From the IMG/VR virus record IMGVR_UViG_2778260994_000001: a DNA stretch of 64,000 bases. One strand, given 5' to 3'. Numbering within the stretch: position 1 is the first letter of the stretch; the number at the start of each line of letters is the position of its first letter. Origin of the DNA: a virus. Lineage: Duplodnaviria > Heunggongvirae > Uroviricota > Caudoviricetes. The position numbers and the translations under genes are program-made. Below, one piece after another: positions 23,021 through 33,217 of this stretch. The notes under the pieces were generated by a model. That model did no database searches. It was not told the DNA's origin and saw nothing but the letters and a program-made list of their open reading frames with translations.

Positions 23021-23218
23021 AGTATGGTGAGTCCTTTGTTTTCAAAGGACTCATGTTATCAGTGATAATCGTTTGTTGTAATAGTGTTGATAAAATAATT
23101 TTCTATTATGTAAGCAAGCTCATTTTTATGACGGGTAATGCAAAAAAAATAGAATCAAAAAACTAAAAAATAATAATTCATGGGGTTTTACACCATCAAA
23201 AGTCCCCACTATAAATTA

Positions 23219-23860
23219 TTAGAAATAATTATGCTTGCCTGTTAATACCCCTTTCGGCACTTTTTTTTGTTCCAGTGTCTGGGTACCCAGAATTATGTTA
23301 ATAAGTGGACTTAGTAACGATGGTTCCTGGCGGGCTTCAACTTCTCCAGCCATTGCCCTGATGTAGTCGGCGCTGGCAACGTTGTTGTATTCCGTCGCAA
23401 AGCAACATAGTAACGTCAGAACATGCTCTGTCGTTATTTCGCTCCAGTTGATGTTGAAAAATTCATCGCCTTTTTTATCGTGTTCGGAATCGAAGATGCT
23501 TTGGTGGAGGATGTATTTGCCGGATTCCTTGCGCGGTAACTTGATCGCTTTCTGGCGTTCCAGCTCCTTGTAAATCTGCATTGCTTCAATCAGTACCGGC
23601 CTGCCGTTCATGAAGGGATCGCGCAACCTTACACGCTGGCCAACTCGACCAGTAATAAAGCTGTTTTCCTCTTCCACCAGCACGATAAAACCTTTTTCCT
23701 CTTTCTCACGCAATTCGCGCAGCAACTGGAGTTCCATATCGCGGCGGCGTTCAGGGTAGCTGGTCCGCTCAGCCATTATCAGCTCGTTGTTGATCCATGC
23801 AGCAGTCATTGACGCCGGTTTGCCGACGCTCATCGAAACAACGCATATTTTCTTATCCAT
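23219..23860 (-). CDS. Hypothetical protein, Mat-like by position
   Basis: Track ORF starts at GTG; internal ATG at 23860 has an AGGGG RBS; lies between ref and the GNAT gene. Confidence 0.35.
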   Translation of the reverse strand: MDKKICVVSMSVGKPASMTAAWINNELIMAERTSYPERRRDMELQLLRELREKEEKGFIVLVEEENSFITGRVGQRVRLRDPFMNGRPVLIEAMQIYKELERQKAIKLPRKESGKYILHQSIFDSEHDKKGDEFFNINWSEITTEHVLTLLCCFATEYNNVASADYIRAMAGEVEARQEPSLLSPLINIILGTQTLEQKKVPKGVLTGKHNYF

Positions 23861-23989
23861 AGCGCCCCTACAAAAAAGAAAAGCCACCAGCGGCGGCTTA
23901 GCAATACAACAAAAGGTAGCGCCCGGTACTCAGACTGTGCCGTCCATGGAATATTTGAAAAGGGATCCATCCGTACCGGGCATGTGATG

Positions 23990-24011
23990 ATTCTGACTGA
24001 AGTCACTTGTC
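23990..24011 (-). promoter_or_regulatory. Putative late promoter reading into the mat-like and GNAT genes
   Basis: Minus strand reads gacaagtga-N7-cagaat. Confidence 0.3.
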
Positions 24012-24048
24012 AGTTGTCAATTATTTCAGATTAAAAATAATATATTTA

Positions 24049-24609
24049 TTAGTGCATAATGTTTGCCATCTCATAGGCGTCAGCCAGCAACTCCATCTCT
24101 GACTTGTTCAGCAAGGTGAATTCTTTCTTGCCTCCAACCACACCATCGGCATGAACAGGGACCAGCCAGGGATATTTTTCTCTTACTTCAGCCGGTGCTG
24201 CATGCTGGTGGTGCCATCTACAAAGGGGCAATTGCTTTTTGTGACAACCCGGCGCGGTACGACCGGAGATATGGTGCAAAGATACCTCTTCAGATATTAC
24301 TCCATGCATGTAGCAGGCAATGCAGGGGAGAGCGCCAAGAGCACTGGCGATGCTCCGTTCCTCCGCTGTCGGTGTTCGCCCCTTCAAGCCACGAGATTTT
24401 ATCTTTACCGCACTTTTCCGCGTTTTGCTGGCTGGTGGGCGCTCTTTCTGTTTAGCGATACGGCGGTCGATAGAATCCCGCATTTTCTGATATTGCGATT
24501 CTCGCCAGGCGGGGTCAGCCAACTTTTCCCGTTGCCGAGCGATCGCTCGTTCTCTGGCTGCCTTCTGCCACTCGCGGCGCTGTTCAAGTTTTTGTTCGAT
24601 TGTTTTCAT
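24049..24609 (-). CDS. ref: Ref, HNH-type endonuclease (recombination enhancement function)
   Basis: MKTIEQKLEQRREWQKA... with HNH-like Cys/His cluster (CIACYMHG...HHISGR...CHKK...CRWHHQ); 186 aa from ATG at 24609. Confidence 0.8.
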   Translation of the reverse strand: MKTIEQKLEQRREWQKAARERAIARQREKLADPAWRESQYQKMRDSIDRRIAKQKERPPASKTRKSAVKIKSRGLKGRTPTAEERSIASALGALPCIACYMHGVISEEVSLHHISGRTAPGCHKKQLPLCRWHHQHAAPAEVREKYPWLVPVHADGVVGGKKEFTLLNKSEMELLADAYEMANIMH

Positions 24610-24614
24610 ATGGC

Positions 24615-24640
24615 AAAAAAAAGGCGGCCTAATGGCCGCC
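24615..24640 (-). terminator. Terminator-like hairpin with U8 tract just upstream of the ref start codon
   Basis: Minus strand GGCGGCC-ATTA-GGCCGCC then TTTTTTTT, ending 5 nt before the ATG. Confidence 0.45.
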
Positions 24641-24707
24641 AATGATGTCAAGGAGTGAAGTAATGGCAACGTCTTCGTAGTTGACAAAAACTGCGGCTCA
24701 ATTATAG

Positions 24708-24724
24708 CAATCAATTAGAGCAAT
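24708..24724 (-). promoter_or_regulatory. C1 operator-like site upstream of ref
   Basis: Core attagagcaat with overlapping half-site attatagcaat. Confidence 0.65.
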
Positions 24725-24854
24725 GGTAGATATTTTGTTTATCGCGAATCACATTTTTTCACTTCAGTACCTGTGTGCTATACTCCTTCTTGATTGATTG
24801 GATGCGGAATACAAACCCGCTCTTTTGTGCATCCTGGCTCCTTGCCAGGCTTTT

Positions 24855-25166
24855 TTATTTCATCATGGAAGCTGTTAACGCTTTGGATCTTGCTGAACTG
24901 ATTGAAAGGGCATTGTTTACCTTACCCAGGAGTTCGCCAAATTCCGCCATCACTCTAGTAAGCCCGCGCCGCGCTTCCTCCTCCGTTGCATTCATCACAA
25001 AATGTTCAGCGCTCCGCATGCTTTTAACGGGGAACGCAACAGATATCGAGTCGATATCAGGCATCCTATCGCTCAATTTTACGGTGACAATGACAGATGG
25101 TGACTGAATTTGAGAGCTTACAGACAGCACCACATATTTTCCGTCTATTTTGAAATCCTTCCGCAT
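24855..25166 (-). CDS. cra: Cra-like protein (cre-associated)
   Basis: 103 aa between cre and ref; position only. Confidence 0.45.
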   Translation of the reverse strand: MRKDFKIDGKYVVLSVSSQIQSPSVIVTVKLSDRMPDIDSISVAFPVKSMRSAEHFVMNATEEEARRGLTRVMAEFGELLGKVNNALSISSARSKALTASMMK

Positions 25167-25182
25167 GCGTCACCATAAATAT

Positions 25183-25199
25183 CAAATAATTAGAGCAAT
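25183..25199 (-). promoter_or_regulatory. C1 operator-like site upstream of cra
   Basis: Core attagagcaat. Confidence 0.6.
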
Positions 25200-25216
25200 C
25201 AAGCGCAAATGAACGG

Positions 25217-26248
25217 CTAATCGCCATCTTCCAGCAGGCGTACCATTGCCCCCGTTTCACTATCCAGGTTACGGATATAGTTCATGACAATATTCACGTT
25301 GGTCCAGCCACCAGCTTGCATGATCTCCGGTATTGAAACTCCGGCGCGGGCCATATCTCGCGCGGCTCCGACACGGGCACTGTGTCCAGACCAGGCCAGG
25401 TATCTCTGACCAGAGTCATCCTTAGCGCCGTAAATCAATCGATGAGTTGCTTCAAAAATCCCTTCCAGGGCGCGAGTTGATAGCTGGCTGGTGGCAGATG
25501 GCGCGGCAACACCATTTTTTCTGACACGGCAAAACAAGTAGTTATTCGGATCATCAGCCACACCAGAGACAGAAATCCATCGCTCGACCAGTTTAGTTAC
25601 CCCCAGGCTAAGTGCCTTCTCTACACCTGCGGTGCTAACCAGCGTTTTCGTTCTGCCAATATGGATTAACATTCTCCCACCGTCAGTACGTGAGATATCT
25701 TTAACCCTGATCCTGGCAATTTCGGCTATACGTAACAGGGTGTTATAAGCAATCCCCAGAAATGCCAGATTACGTATATCCTGGCAGCGATCGCTATTTT
25801 CCATGAGTGAACGAACCTGGTCGAAATCAGTGCGTTCGAACGCCAGTGCCTGTTTTGCACGTTCACCGGCATCAACGTTTTCTTTTCGGATCCGTCGCAT
25901 GACCAGTGAAACAGCATTACTGTCACTTGGTCGTGGCAGCCCGGACCGACGATGAAGCATGTTTAGCTGGCCCAAATGTTGCTGGATAGTTTTTACTGCC
26001 AGACCGCGCGCCTGAAGATATAGAAGATAATCGCGAACATCTTCAGGTTCTGCGGGAAACCATTTCCGGTTATTCAACTTGCACCATGCCGCCCACGACC
26101 GGCAAACGGACAGAAGCATTTTCCAGGTATGCTCAGAAAACGCCTGGCGATCCCTGAACATGTCCATCAGATTCTTGCGAACCTCATCACTCGTTGCATC
26201 GACCGGTAATGCAGGCAAATTTTGGTGTACGGTCAGTAAATTGGACAT
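25217..26248 (-). CDS. cre: Cre tyrosine recombinase
   Basis: 343 aa beginning MSNLLTVHQNLPALPVDATSDEVRKNLMDMFRDRQAFSEHTWK; loxP about 420 bp upstream. Confidence 0.97.
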   Translation of the reverse strand: MSNLLTVHQNLPALPVDATSDEVRKNLMDMFRDRQAFSEHTWKMLLSVCRSWAAWCKLNNRKWFPAEPEDVRDYLLYLQARGLAVKTIQQHLGQLNMLHRRSGLPRPSDSNAVSLVMRRIRKENVDAGERAKQALAFERTDFDQVRSLMENSDRCQDIRNLAFLGIAYNTLLRIAEIARIRVKDISRTDGGRMLIHIGRTKTLVSTAGVEKALSLGVTKLVERWISVSGVADDPNNYLFCRVRKNGVAAPSATSQLSTRALEGIFEATHRLIYGAKDDSGQRYLAWSGHSARVGAARDMARAGVSIPEIMQAGGWTNVNIVMNYIRNLDSETGAMVRLLEDGD

Positions 26249-26255
26249 TTAACAC

Positions 26256-26477
26256 TCAGATAATGGTTTTAAGTAAAGTGTACAGGATCGGCTCTGCCTT
26301 TACCTGTTTATGGTTCTCGTCATAGAAACGCCAGCGACCGCGCGTGCGTTCTATTTTCTCTTCACCGCGAGATAATGACAGTTGGTAACTATCACGCTCA
26401 AACCCTTTTGCCCGCCAGTAACCACGGTTTTTCTCAAGCTCAAGATGAGTGGACACTTTAGCAGCTGAATATCCCAT
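26256..26477 (-). CDS. Small basic ORF (73 aa) between loxP and cre, uncertain
   Basis: ATG preceded by GAGGTG at good spacing; stop 7 nt before the cre ATG. Confidence 0.3.
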   Translation of the reverse strand: MGYSAAKVSTHLELEKNRGYWRAKGFERDSYQLSLSRGEEKIERTRGRWRFYDENHKQVKAEPILYTLLKTII

Positions 26478-26574
26478 TTTTCACCTCTGATTGATTGGTG
26501 GTGCTAAGTGCGCTACGCGAAATCTGTAGGACTAACACCGCCAACATTTCGCAGATTTTACGTAGCGCAACCTT

Positions 26575-26647
26575 GATCAAATGATCAAGTGATCACTATT
26601 TGACCTGATAAGGTATTGAACTGTATGGATTTACAGGTAAATTGATC
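26575..26647. promoter_or_regulatory. Cluster of four GATC sites in the cre promoter region
   Basis: GATC at 26575, 26583, 26591 and 26644. Confidence 0.45.
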
Positions 26648-26666
26648 ATGTTCAATAACCCCTAAG

Positions 26667-26700
26667 ATAACTTCGTATAATGTATGCTATACGAAGTTAT
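26667..26700 (+). other. loxP recombination site
   Basis: Exact ATAACTTCGTATA-ATGTATGC-TATACGAAGTTAT. Confidence 0.97.
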
Positions 26701-26743
26701 TAGGTCCGAAGAGGAGTTTACGTCCAGCTGCGCATAAAAATCA

Positions 26744-26760
26744 AGAATTATTAGAGCAAT
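26744..26760 (-). promoter_or_regulatory. C1 operator-like site
   Basis: Core attagagcaat. Confidence 0.65.
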
Positions 26761-26826
26761 AAATTTTGAGAGAAAAATCCCACTCCACCAGCCAAAAACT
26801 GGATTGTTTTTCATAGTTGTTTGACA

Positions 26827-26843
26827 ATTGCTCTAATAAATTA
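26827..26843 (+). promoter_or_regulatory. C1 operator-like site upstream of coi
   Basis: attgctctaataaatta, 16/17 to consensus. Confidence 0.65.
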
Positions 26844-27081
26844 TAGTTTTGCCGCCGTTTCGTAATACGACTTTGGATTCACTATTTAATGTGTCTTCAG
26901 CGTTGTAGAGCGGCTCAGAAGGAAATGAGCAAACAGGGAAACCTTATACAACGGCATTACAGCTATGCATTGCTCATCTTACACACAGCGCAATGTTGTT
27001 AGATTACCCCAGCATGGATCATGGGTGAAACAGTAGGTCAGAGCTTCAGGCTCTGTGTTGTCAATACAGTGAGGCATAATT

Positions 27082-27291
27082 ATGGCTTTCATTCCACCAA
27101 CCATCGACGACGTTAGACATTGCTCTAACGCTTTATCTGTAGACCCCGCCGAAACCGACGCTGCCCGCGCCATTGCTGAACACTACTCAAAGATATCCAA
27201 TCAGGAGTACCGCATCACCCAAGACGACCTGGATGATCTCACTGACACAATCGAATATCTCATGGCCACTAACCAGCCAGACTCACAATAA
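27082..27291 (+). CDS. coi: Coi, C1 inactivator
   Basis: 69 aa, immediately upstream of c1; GAGG RBS. Confidence 0.8.
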   Translation: MAFIPPTIDDVRHCSNALSVDPAETDAARAIAEHYSKISNQEYRITQDDLDDLTDTIEYLMATNQPDSQ

Positions 27292-27401
27292 ATGCACTAA
27301 TAAATCTATTATTTTCGTTGGATCCTTCTATAATGGTGGCCAACAACTCCCAGTGTAATCCGCTGTGAGTTGTTGGCCATGTCAATTCTGGAGGAGGATC
27401 A

Positions 27402-28253
27402 ATGATAAATTATGTCTACGGCGAACAACTGTACCAGGAGTTCGTCAGCTTCAGGGATCTCTTTCTAAAAAAAGCTGTTGCACGCGCCCAACACGTTGAT
27501 GCCGCCAGCGACGGTCGTCCTGTTCGCCCGGTTGTCGTTCTGCCGTTCAAAGAAACGGACAGCATTCAGGCTGAAATTGATAAATGGACTTTAATGGCGC
27601 GGGAACTGGAACAGTACCCAGACCTCAATATCCCAAAGACTATTTTATATCCAGTGCCTAACATCCTTCGCGGTGTGCGTAAGGTTACAACTTATCAGAC
27701 AGAAGCTGTGAACAGCGTCAACATGACCGCTGGCCGCATTATTCATCTGATTGATAAGGACATTCGCATCCAGAAAAGCGCGGGGATCAATGAGCACAGT
27801 GCGAAATACATAGAGAACCTGGAAGCAACAAAAGAGCTAATGAAGCAGTACCCGGAGGATGAAAAATTCCGTATGCGTGTACACGGCTTTAGCGAAACAA
27901 TGCTGCGCGTCCATTACATTTCCAGTAGCCCTAACTACAATGATGGTAAATCAGTTAGTTACCATGTGCCGCTGTGTGGTGTGTTTATCTGCGATGAAAC
28001 TCTCCGTGATGGAATCATCATCAACGGTGAATTCGAGAAAGCAAAATTTAGCCTTTATGACTCTATAGAACCGATCATCTGCGACCGCTGGCCGCAGGCA
28101 AAAATATATCGCCTGGCAGATATTGAAAATGTAAAAAAACAAATTGCCATCACTCGCGAAGAGAAAAAGGTCAAATCAGCCGCATCAGTTACGCGCAGCC
28201 GTAAAACTAAGAAGGGGCAGCCAGTAAACGACAACCCCGAAAGCGCGCAATAG
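27402..28253 (+). CDS. c1: C1 immunity repressor
   Basis: 283 aa; adjacent to coi and loxP; cognate operators scattered through the window. Confidence 0.88.
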   Translation: MINYVYGEQLYQEFVSFRDLFLKKAVARAQHVDAASDGRPVRPVVVLPFKETDSIQAEIDKWTLMARELEQYPDLNIPKTILYPVPNILRGVRKVTTYQTEAVNSVNMTAGRIIHLIDKDIRIQKSAGINEHSAKYIENLEATKELMKQYPEDEKFRMRVHGFSETMLRVHYISSSPNYNDGKSVSYHVPLCGVFICDETLRDGIIINGEFEKAKFSLYDSIEPIICDRWPQAKIYRLADIENVKKQIAITREEKKVKSAASVTRSRKTKKGQPVNDNPESAQ

Positions 28254-28277
28254 TTTCTATCCGGCATGGTCAATGAG

Positions 28278-29762
28278 TTATTCATTAAGCCATGCCAGAG
28301 CTTCATCAACCTGCGCTTCGTCTTCGACGCTAAGCACTTCATCCTGGGGAACATAATCCGCCAGCATAGCGAAACAATATGTATCCCAATGGTCTGGTGA
28401 GTGCAGGTTGAGTTTTTTCTTCATATCCTCCTTACTCATCACCTTCCATTGACCTGCGGAGTTAATCCCTACAGGGATTTTCGACGCTTCCTCAATAGTT
28501 TCATTACCCTTATCCAGTCTCATACGACCAGATTTTACGGCCTCTGCGGCTTGAACGTTGGCATAAGCACGTTTATCAAAGTACAGGCTCTTATCTTCAC
28601 GGCTATGCATCTTTTTACCCCAGCGTATACGCTGTACGGTAATACCATAATACTCGTACATCAGATCCGCCGTTGCTTTACCCAAGCCATCGCCGTCTAT
28701 CGCTATGGTGATATTTGGGAATCGCTCAGGATTGCATTCTGCGAAAATTTTGGCGGCAAGCTGCGTTTCTGTAACGTCTGTGTATTCCAGCATTCGATAG
28801 TTGATTACACGGCGTTTATTTCGCTGGCCGGACACCATCATGATATTGATAACGGACTTATCCCGTCCCGTACCACCAGCAACGTCCACACATGCAAGCC
28901 AGCCCCATCCTTTGGCAATCTTGACTTTCCGCCGCGTTGCACGTTCAACCTCATCACGTCCAAGAAGGAAGCCATCCTGTGATTTAGGGAATAGGCCGCG
29001 TACCTTAATCATGTACATAGGGTTATCACGCCCGCCGTACTCCGCCAGCTTCATTTTGATAAATGCTGGCGTTACCAGCGGTGATTCCTCACTGTTAAGC
29101 GTGATCGCCGTATAAACGCCATCAGGGTTACCAGGACGCTTGGCCAGTTTATGGTGTGTATCGTAGAAATAGCCGCTTGGGCGTGTAGGCTGTGACAGTA
29201 ATAAGATGCGGTTATCCTGTCCGGTAAGAGCACCGGTGATGATACCGAAAGCTCTATCACTGACACCGGAGGCTTCATCGATAATATACAGAAGATGATC
29301 TGCGTGTTCACCGGCGAGAGCTTCTTCACTTCCCAGACGAAAGCCCTTCGGTACTACAGTCCATACACCTTTACCAGTAACCTCATAGAAAGCGGTTTCT
29401 GTCAGAACAAAATAATCAGCAAGCCATGGGAAACGGCTGGTGGCAGTAGCCCAGTTTATCTTGATGTACTTGAATATACCGGTCATTACCTGCTGAATTT
29501 TGTTCGCAACGATAATGGCGCGGGCACCGGGATACATGATTATGAACAACATGATCATGATAGAAGTCATGTCTGATTTCCCGGTACCGTGACCAGACGA
29601 AACAGATGTCTTGCTACCCTGTTCCTGCACAGACTCAATAATCAGATCCTGCTGCCAGGTAGGTGTTTTGCCGAACAAAACATCAGCGGCAGCAATCCAG
29701 TCATAACGATATAGCGCCACCAGCTCGCGCCAACGTGGATCCGTTACGCAACTTCTGGCCAT
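28278..29762 (-). CDS. pacB: Terminase large subunit PacB
   Basis: 494 aa; P-loop GHGTGKS; downstream of pacA. Confidence 0.9.
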   Translation of the reverse strand: MARSCVTDPRWRELVALYRYDWIAAADVLFGKTPTWQQDLIIESVQEQGSKTSVSSGHGTGKSDMTSIMIMLFIIMYPGARAIIVANKIQQVMTGIFKYIKINWATATSRFPWLADYFVLTETAFYEVTGKGVWTVVPKGFRLGSEEALAGEHADHLLYIIDEASGVSDRAFGIITGALTGQDNRILLLSQPTRPSGYFYDTHHKLAKRPGNPDGVYTAITLNSEESPLVTPAFIKMKLAEYGGRDNPMYMIKVRGLFPKSQDGFLLGRDEVERATRRKVKIAKGWGWLACVDVAGGTGRDKSVINIMMVSGQRNKRRVINYRMLEYTDVTETQLAAKIFAECNPERFPNITIAIDGDGLGKATADLMYEYYGITVQRIRWGKKMHSREDKSLYFDKRAYANVQAAEAVKSGRMRLDKGNETIEEASKIPVGINSAGQWKVMSKEDMKKKLNLHSPDHWDTYCFAMLADYVPQDEVLSVEDEAQVDEALAWLNE

Positions 29763-30955
29763 TAATCATCATCCCCGTATAGCTTGCGGGTAACTTCTTC
29801 GTCTTCCTCCTCGTCTTCGTCCAGGTCTTGTTCCAGCCATGGGTCGTTTGATACACCTTCAGTATCAACATCTCCATAACCGCCTGTATCAACGATATCG
29901 GCGATTTCTTCCCTACGCTGCTCAATCCACAATGCGGCATCGGCGCGGCGGTTGGCGGCCCGTTCTCGCGCAACTTTGTCCAGATCTTCAAGAGAAGGGC
30001 CACCGACGGCTGTTTGCCTTTCCTCATCATCGGTATTGGTCTTCGGAGCACGCAGATCGGCTTTGATTTGCTCCAGCATCAGGGGCGGCACTTTCCCGCC
30101 ATGCGCCTCGATGAATTCAGCTGCTTCCAGCACTGACCAGTTATTTTCACGCTTTCGTTCGTATGCCAGCTTAACAATGCCAGCTTGCCCCATAGACAAA
30201 GCGTGCTTTTCCGCCTCCCGGCTTTCTTTTCGATAGTTATTCCGGATGCTGTAAATGGTGTTGATCAGGCTGCTTATCTGCGCGGAACAGCTGTTTAGCA
30301 TGCTCGCGATACGGTATTCAGGCGGAGTACCTTCATCATCGTCCTTTTGCTGATCGCGCATTTCCTGCACCAGGCGAATACACGTATCCCTGGCGTTCTC
30401 CAGCATAAGGAGATGAGAAAGAGACTTTTCAAGAAGAGTGGTTTCCAGAACATCGGCCCCGGACCGACGCAACATAGCGCGCGCGGCCTTCCGCGCTTCA
30501 ACGTTATCTATCAGGTAATCGCCAGCTTCGAATTCAAAGCGTTCACCATCATCATCCAGGGTGTCGCGTTCCAGGCGATCACGTAAGGTCCGGTGGGCGC
30601 GGGTGATCACGTCATGATCATCTGAACGATCATTTATGCGCTTATTTTGGCGCTTCGCATTCTCGACTGCGGCACTGACAACGGCATTAACTCTCTGTTT
30701 TTCCGCTATTTCAGCCGCAATATGATCACCTGCATGTTGATCATTAGAGTGATCAATGATCATGCTTTTTAGTGGCTTCCTGACTGGCTTATTTGGCTTG
30801 CGGCTGTCCGCAGTCCTGGTGTCTTCTTTGAAGGCACGGAGATAACGACGTGCGGTATTAGGGTTAAGATTAAACTCGGCGGCATACTGTGCGATGGTGT
30901 AACCACCATCTCGCGCCAGGCGAGCAAAATTCTTTTTGTGATCGTCCCAGGTCAC
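29762..30955 (-). CDS. pacA: Terminase small / pac-recognition subunit PacA
   Basis: 397 aa; contains the pac site; acidic C-terminus. Confidence 0.85.
   Translation of the reverse strand: MTWDDHKKNFARLARDGGYTIAQYAAEFNLNPNTARRYLRAFKEDTRTADSRKPNKPVRKPLKSMIIDHSNDQHAGDHIAAEIAEKQRVNAVVSAAVENAKRQNKRINDRSDDHDVITRAHRTLRDRLERDTLDDDGERFEFEAGDYLIDNVEARKAARAMLRRSGADVLETTLLEKSLSHLLMLENARDTCIRLVQEMRDQQKDDDEGTPPEYRIASMLNSCSAQISSLINTIYSIRNNYRKESREAEKHALSMGQAGIVKLAYERKRENNWSVLEAAEFIEAHGGKVPPLMLEQIKADLRAPKTNTDDEERQTAVGGPSLEDLDKVARERAANRRADAALWIEQRREEIADIVDTGGYGDVDTEGVSNDPWLEQDLDEDEEEDEEVTRKLYGDDD
30605..30761. other. pac packaging site (3 + 4 clustered GATC hexamers)
   Basis: GATC at 30605, 30616, 30628 and at 30724, 30739, 30751, 30758, all inside pacA. 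Confidence 0.7.
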
Positions 30956-30990
30956 TTATGCTTCCTTTCGTAAAAACTCTTTTTGACGCG

Positions 30991-31012
30991 AGGGTAACGA
31001 AAGTCACATGTC
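30991..31012 (-). promoter_or_regulatory. Putative late promoter for pacA
   Basis: Minus strand reads gacatgtga-N7-taccct. Confidence 0.3.
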
Positions 31013-31040
31013 AAAAGGCCCGGAACGGGCAAGCAATCAA

Positions 31041-31493
31041 TCAGATACGTGCGGATGTGGCATTACCGTAATGACGGTGCTGACGGGCCACCTTATTGAA
31101 AAGTTGACGCGCCATTACCCAAGGCTGGTGCTCCCGGCGTTCCTTTTCGTCCTGCGTCATATAGAGTTCGTTCTGGAGTTTTTCATCAAACCGGCGCGGA
31201 GCGCGGCTACGGCGAAAGAATTCAGGATTCAGAGAGTGGATCTGAAATCTACGTGGGCGTGTACTGTCATCAATCAAAACAGACGAATACTTAGACACAG
31301 CGATAGCCTTTAAGCGCAGATAAACATCGCGCTTATCGACATCCAGATGCGGGTATTCCTTTTCAAGAATTGCTGCGAGTTCTTTCGCTGATAGAAGAGA
31401 TTTAGTGCGGATCATGTAATCCGCAATCTCGTACGATGTTATTCGTGAGTGTTTTATTTCCATGAAGTGGCGTCCCTGCCAGTTAAGTAACAT
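31041..31493 (-). CDS. lpa: Lpa, late promoter activator
   Basis: 150 aa, upstream of pacA with an operator immediately upstream; position and size. Confidence 0.65.
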   Translation of the reverse strand: MLLNWQGRHFMEIKHSRITSYEIADYMIRTKSLLSAKELAAILEKEYPHLDVDKRDVYLRLKAIAVSKYSSVLIDDSTRPRRFQIHSLNPEFFRRSRAPRRFDEKLQNELYMTQDEKERREHQPWVMARQLFNKVARQHRHYGNATSARI

Positions 31494-31563
31494 CCTGTCA
31501 CCTACTGATTAGCCCATGTCAACTAATCAACGTGGAATATAATACCCTCGATTAAAGAAATAG

Positions 31564-31580
31564 CAATACATTAGAGCAAT
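31564..31580 (-). promoter_or_regulatory. C1 operator-like site upstream of lpa
   Basis: Core attagagcaat preceded by half-site tagcaat. Confidence 0.65.
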
Positions 31581-31581
31581 T

Positions 31582-32625
31582 TTATCTAACGCTCGACGAG
31601 TGACTTGTGATAGCGCCGACTCCAAGCGCGTAATCAAAGAACAATCGTTGATGCATCGCCAGCCTACCGTGCGTCTTCTCCCAATTATCGCGGTCACGCT
31701 CAATATCACGCTGGCATGACTGGCACAGAGGAATTGCGTAAATGTCATGCGCGCATAATCGACTATGACGAACGATATAAGGCGTAATGTGAGCGCCAGC
31801 TCCCGCCGCTCCACACCCACAGCATGGACGGGAAGCAACAAAGTCCATGTACTCAGGTAATTTTAGCGATTGCAGTTTTGGTATTTTGAAATGCGCCATG
31901 CCAGGGTCGGAGTCAACATCCACAGAGCATACTTTTGCACGCATCGGCGCGGCGCGTTCTTCCATCATCTGAACATATGCTGTAGCGCGATCGTCATACG
32001 GGCGAATATCTGCCTCTTTCAGAGGTCCGCTATCCTGCGTTGCGGCTTTCATCTTATTTATTGATATACGGCAAACTTCTTCCGGCATCAGGTGCATCAT
32101 GTTGCGCATGAAAGCCCACCAGCACAGTTCCTGAATACTTAAATCATGGCCATCTGAAAGCCCCATTTCCTGACGGGCGACATCCAGTATCCAGTTAACG
32201 CGATTATTATGCAGCGTTTCTTTCAGCTCATTAAAACCACGCATCCGGTAATGGTTATCGTGATGCCAGCACAACAACACCGCGCTATTGTCTCGTTCAG
32301 CGTGGACAATATGGTTGTCACACCAACTACGATCTGCGGCCTGGCATTGACCCTCTTTCCTACGCAACCACGCCACCAGCGCGTCAATTCCACCAATACG
32401 GCGAAACAGTTCATCGCTGTTAAAAAACGGCTGCAACGCCTCATTTGTTGCCATAGTTTGCTCGGAAACAACGAGGCCGTCGTCCATGTGCTCGATTAAC
32501 TCACGCGGCACCGGCTCCATAATAAATTTACGGCCAGCCTCCACCAGCTTTCTGACTTCCTGATCCACTTTGAATGTGGCGACGCCAAGCTCTTTTTGTA
32601 CAAAGGGAGTAATTACGGCTTTCAC
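31582..32625 (-). CDS. pdcB: PdcB-like protein (post-doc)
   Basis: 347 aa downstream of doc; Cys-rich C-terminal region. Confidence 0.45.
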   Translation of the reverse strand: MKAVITPFVQKELGVATFKVDQEVRKLVEAGRKFIMEPVPRELIEHMDDGLVVSEQTMATNEALQPFFNSDELFRRIGGIDALVAWLRRKEGQCQAADRSWCDNHIVHAERDNSAVLLCWHHDNHYRMRGFNELKETLHNNRVNWILDVARQEMGLSDGHDLSIQELCWWAFMRNMMHLMPEEVCRISINKMKAATQDSGPLKEADIRPYDDRATAYVQMMEERAAPMRAKVCSVDVDSDPGMAHFKIPKLQSLKLPEYMDFVASRPCCGCGAAGAGAHITPYIVRHSRLCAHDIYAIPLCQSCQRDIERDRDNWEKTHGRLAMHQRLFFDYALGVGAITSHSSSVR

Positions 32626-32652
32626 ATCACACCTTTCATCACTGATTGGGCT

Positions 32653-32853
32653 TTATCTGCTGCCCGGCATTCTCTGTTTAAGCACAACCATTTCCTGACG
32701 GCATAACACAGCAATAGCGGTCCTGGCACCAATTTGCTTACCAACCAGGTATTGCTTTACCTCGCGGCGACTCACGCCATCAAGAAGCATCTTTAACGCT
32801 CTACGGGACAATTTGTTGTATTTACGTGCCATTGATCTACTCCGCAGAACCAT
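32653..32853 (-). CDS. pdcA: PdcA-like small basic protein
   Basis: 66 aa; position only. Confidence 0.35.
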   Translation of the reverse strand: MVLRSRSMARKYNKLSRRALKMLLDGVSRREVKQYLVGKQIGARTAIAVLCRQEMVVLKQRMPGSR

Positions 32854-33217
32854 ACAATCTACGTAACGTGGCGGCGACAGTAGATACAGATATCTCTCCG
32901 GTCGCAGCCCCTACGGTAAGGTCTACCAGTTCAGGGGAGTCAAATACCTGCACCCCGTTACGGCGTAGAAATAACAGCGCACTGTTTAGCGCGGTACGCT
33001 TATTGGCATCATTGAATATATGCCCTCTCGCTGTAGCCACCAGGTAGGTGGCGGAGACTTCGAAAAGGTCGGTGATCTCTTCGTAGGCAACTCTGGCCTG
33101 AACTCTCCCGATAATGGCCTCTGCCCTACCCGGATCTGACATTCCCGGCAGGCCGCCGTAGCGGTTTATATTCGCATCATGAAGCGCAATAAGTTCTTCC
33201 GGTGATATATGCCTCAT
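32837..33217 (-). CDS. doc: Doc toxin (Fic-fold kinase)
   Basis: 126 aa beginning [25 protein letters not shown]; motif [11 protein letters not shown]. Confidence 0.95.
   Translation of the reverse strand: MRHISPEELIALHDANINRYGGLPGMSDPGRAEAIIGRVQARVAYEEITDLFEVSATYLVATARGHIFNDANKRTALNSALLFLRRNGVQVFDSPELVDLTVGAATGEISVSTVAATLRRLYGSAE

Noticed and set aside
24609-24714. N-terminal extension of the ref ORF (track ORF 24049-24714)
   Set aside because: The extra 35 codons translate the operator and hairpin/U-tract; the conserved Ref sequence begins at MKTIEQ (24609).
26979-27173. 64-aa minus-strand ORF
   Set aside because: Antisense to coi and its promoter/operator region; no RBS; the coi assignment is better supported.
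27291-27307. Operator-like sequence between coi and c1 (aatgcactaataaatct)
   Set aside because: Only 14/17 match and the core is altered; too weak to call without a PWM score. A similar weak match lies at about 24036-24052.
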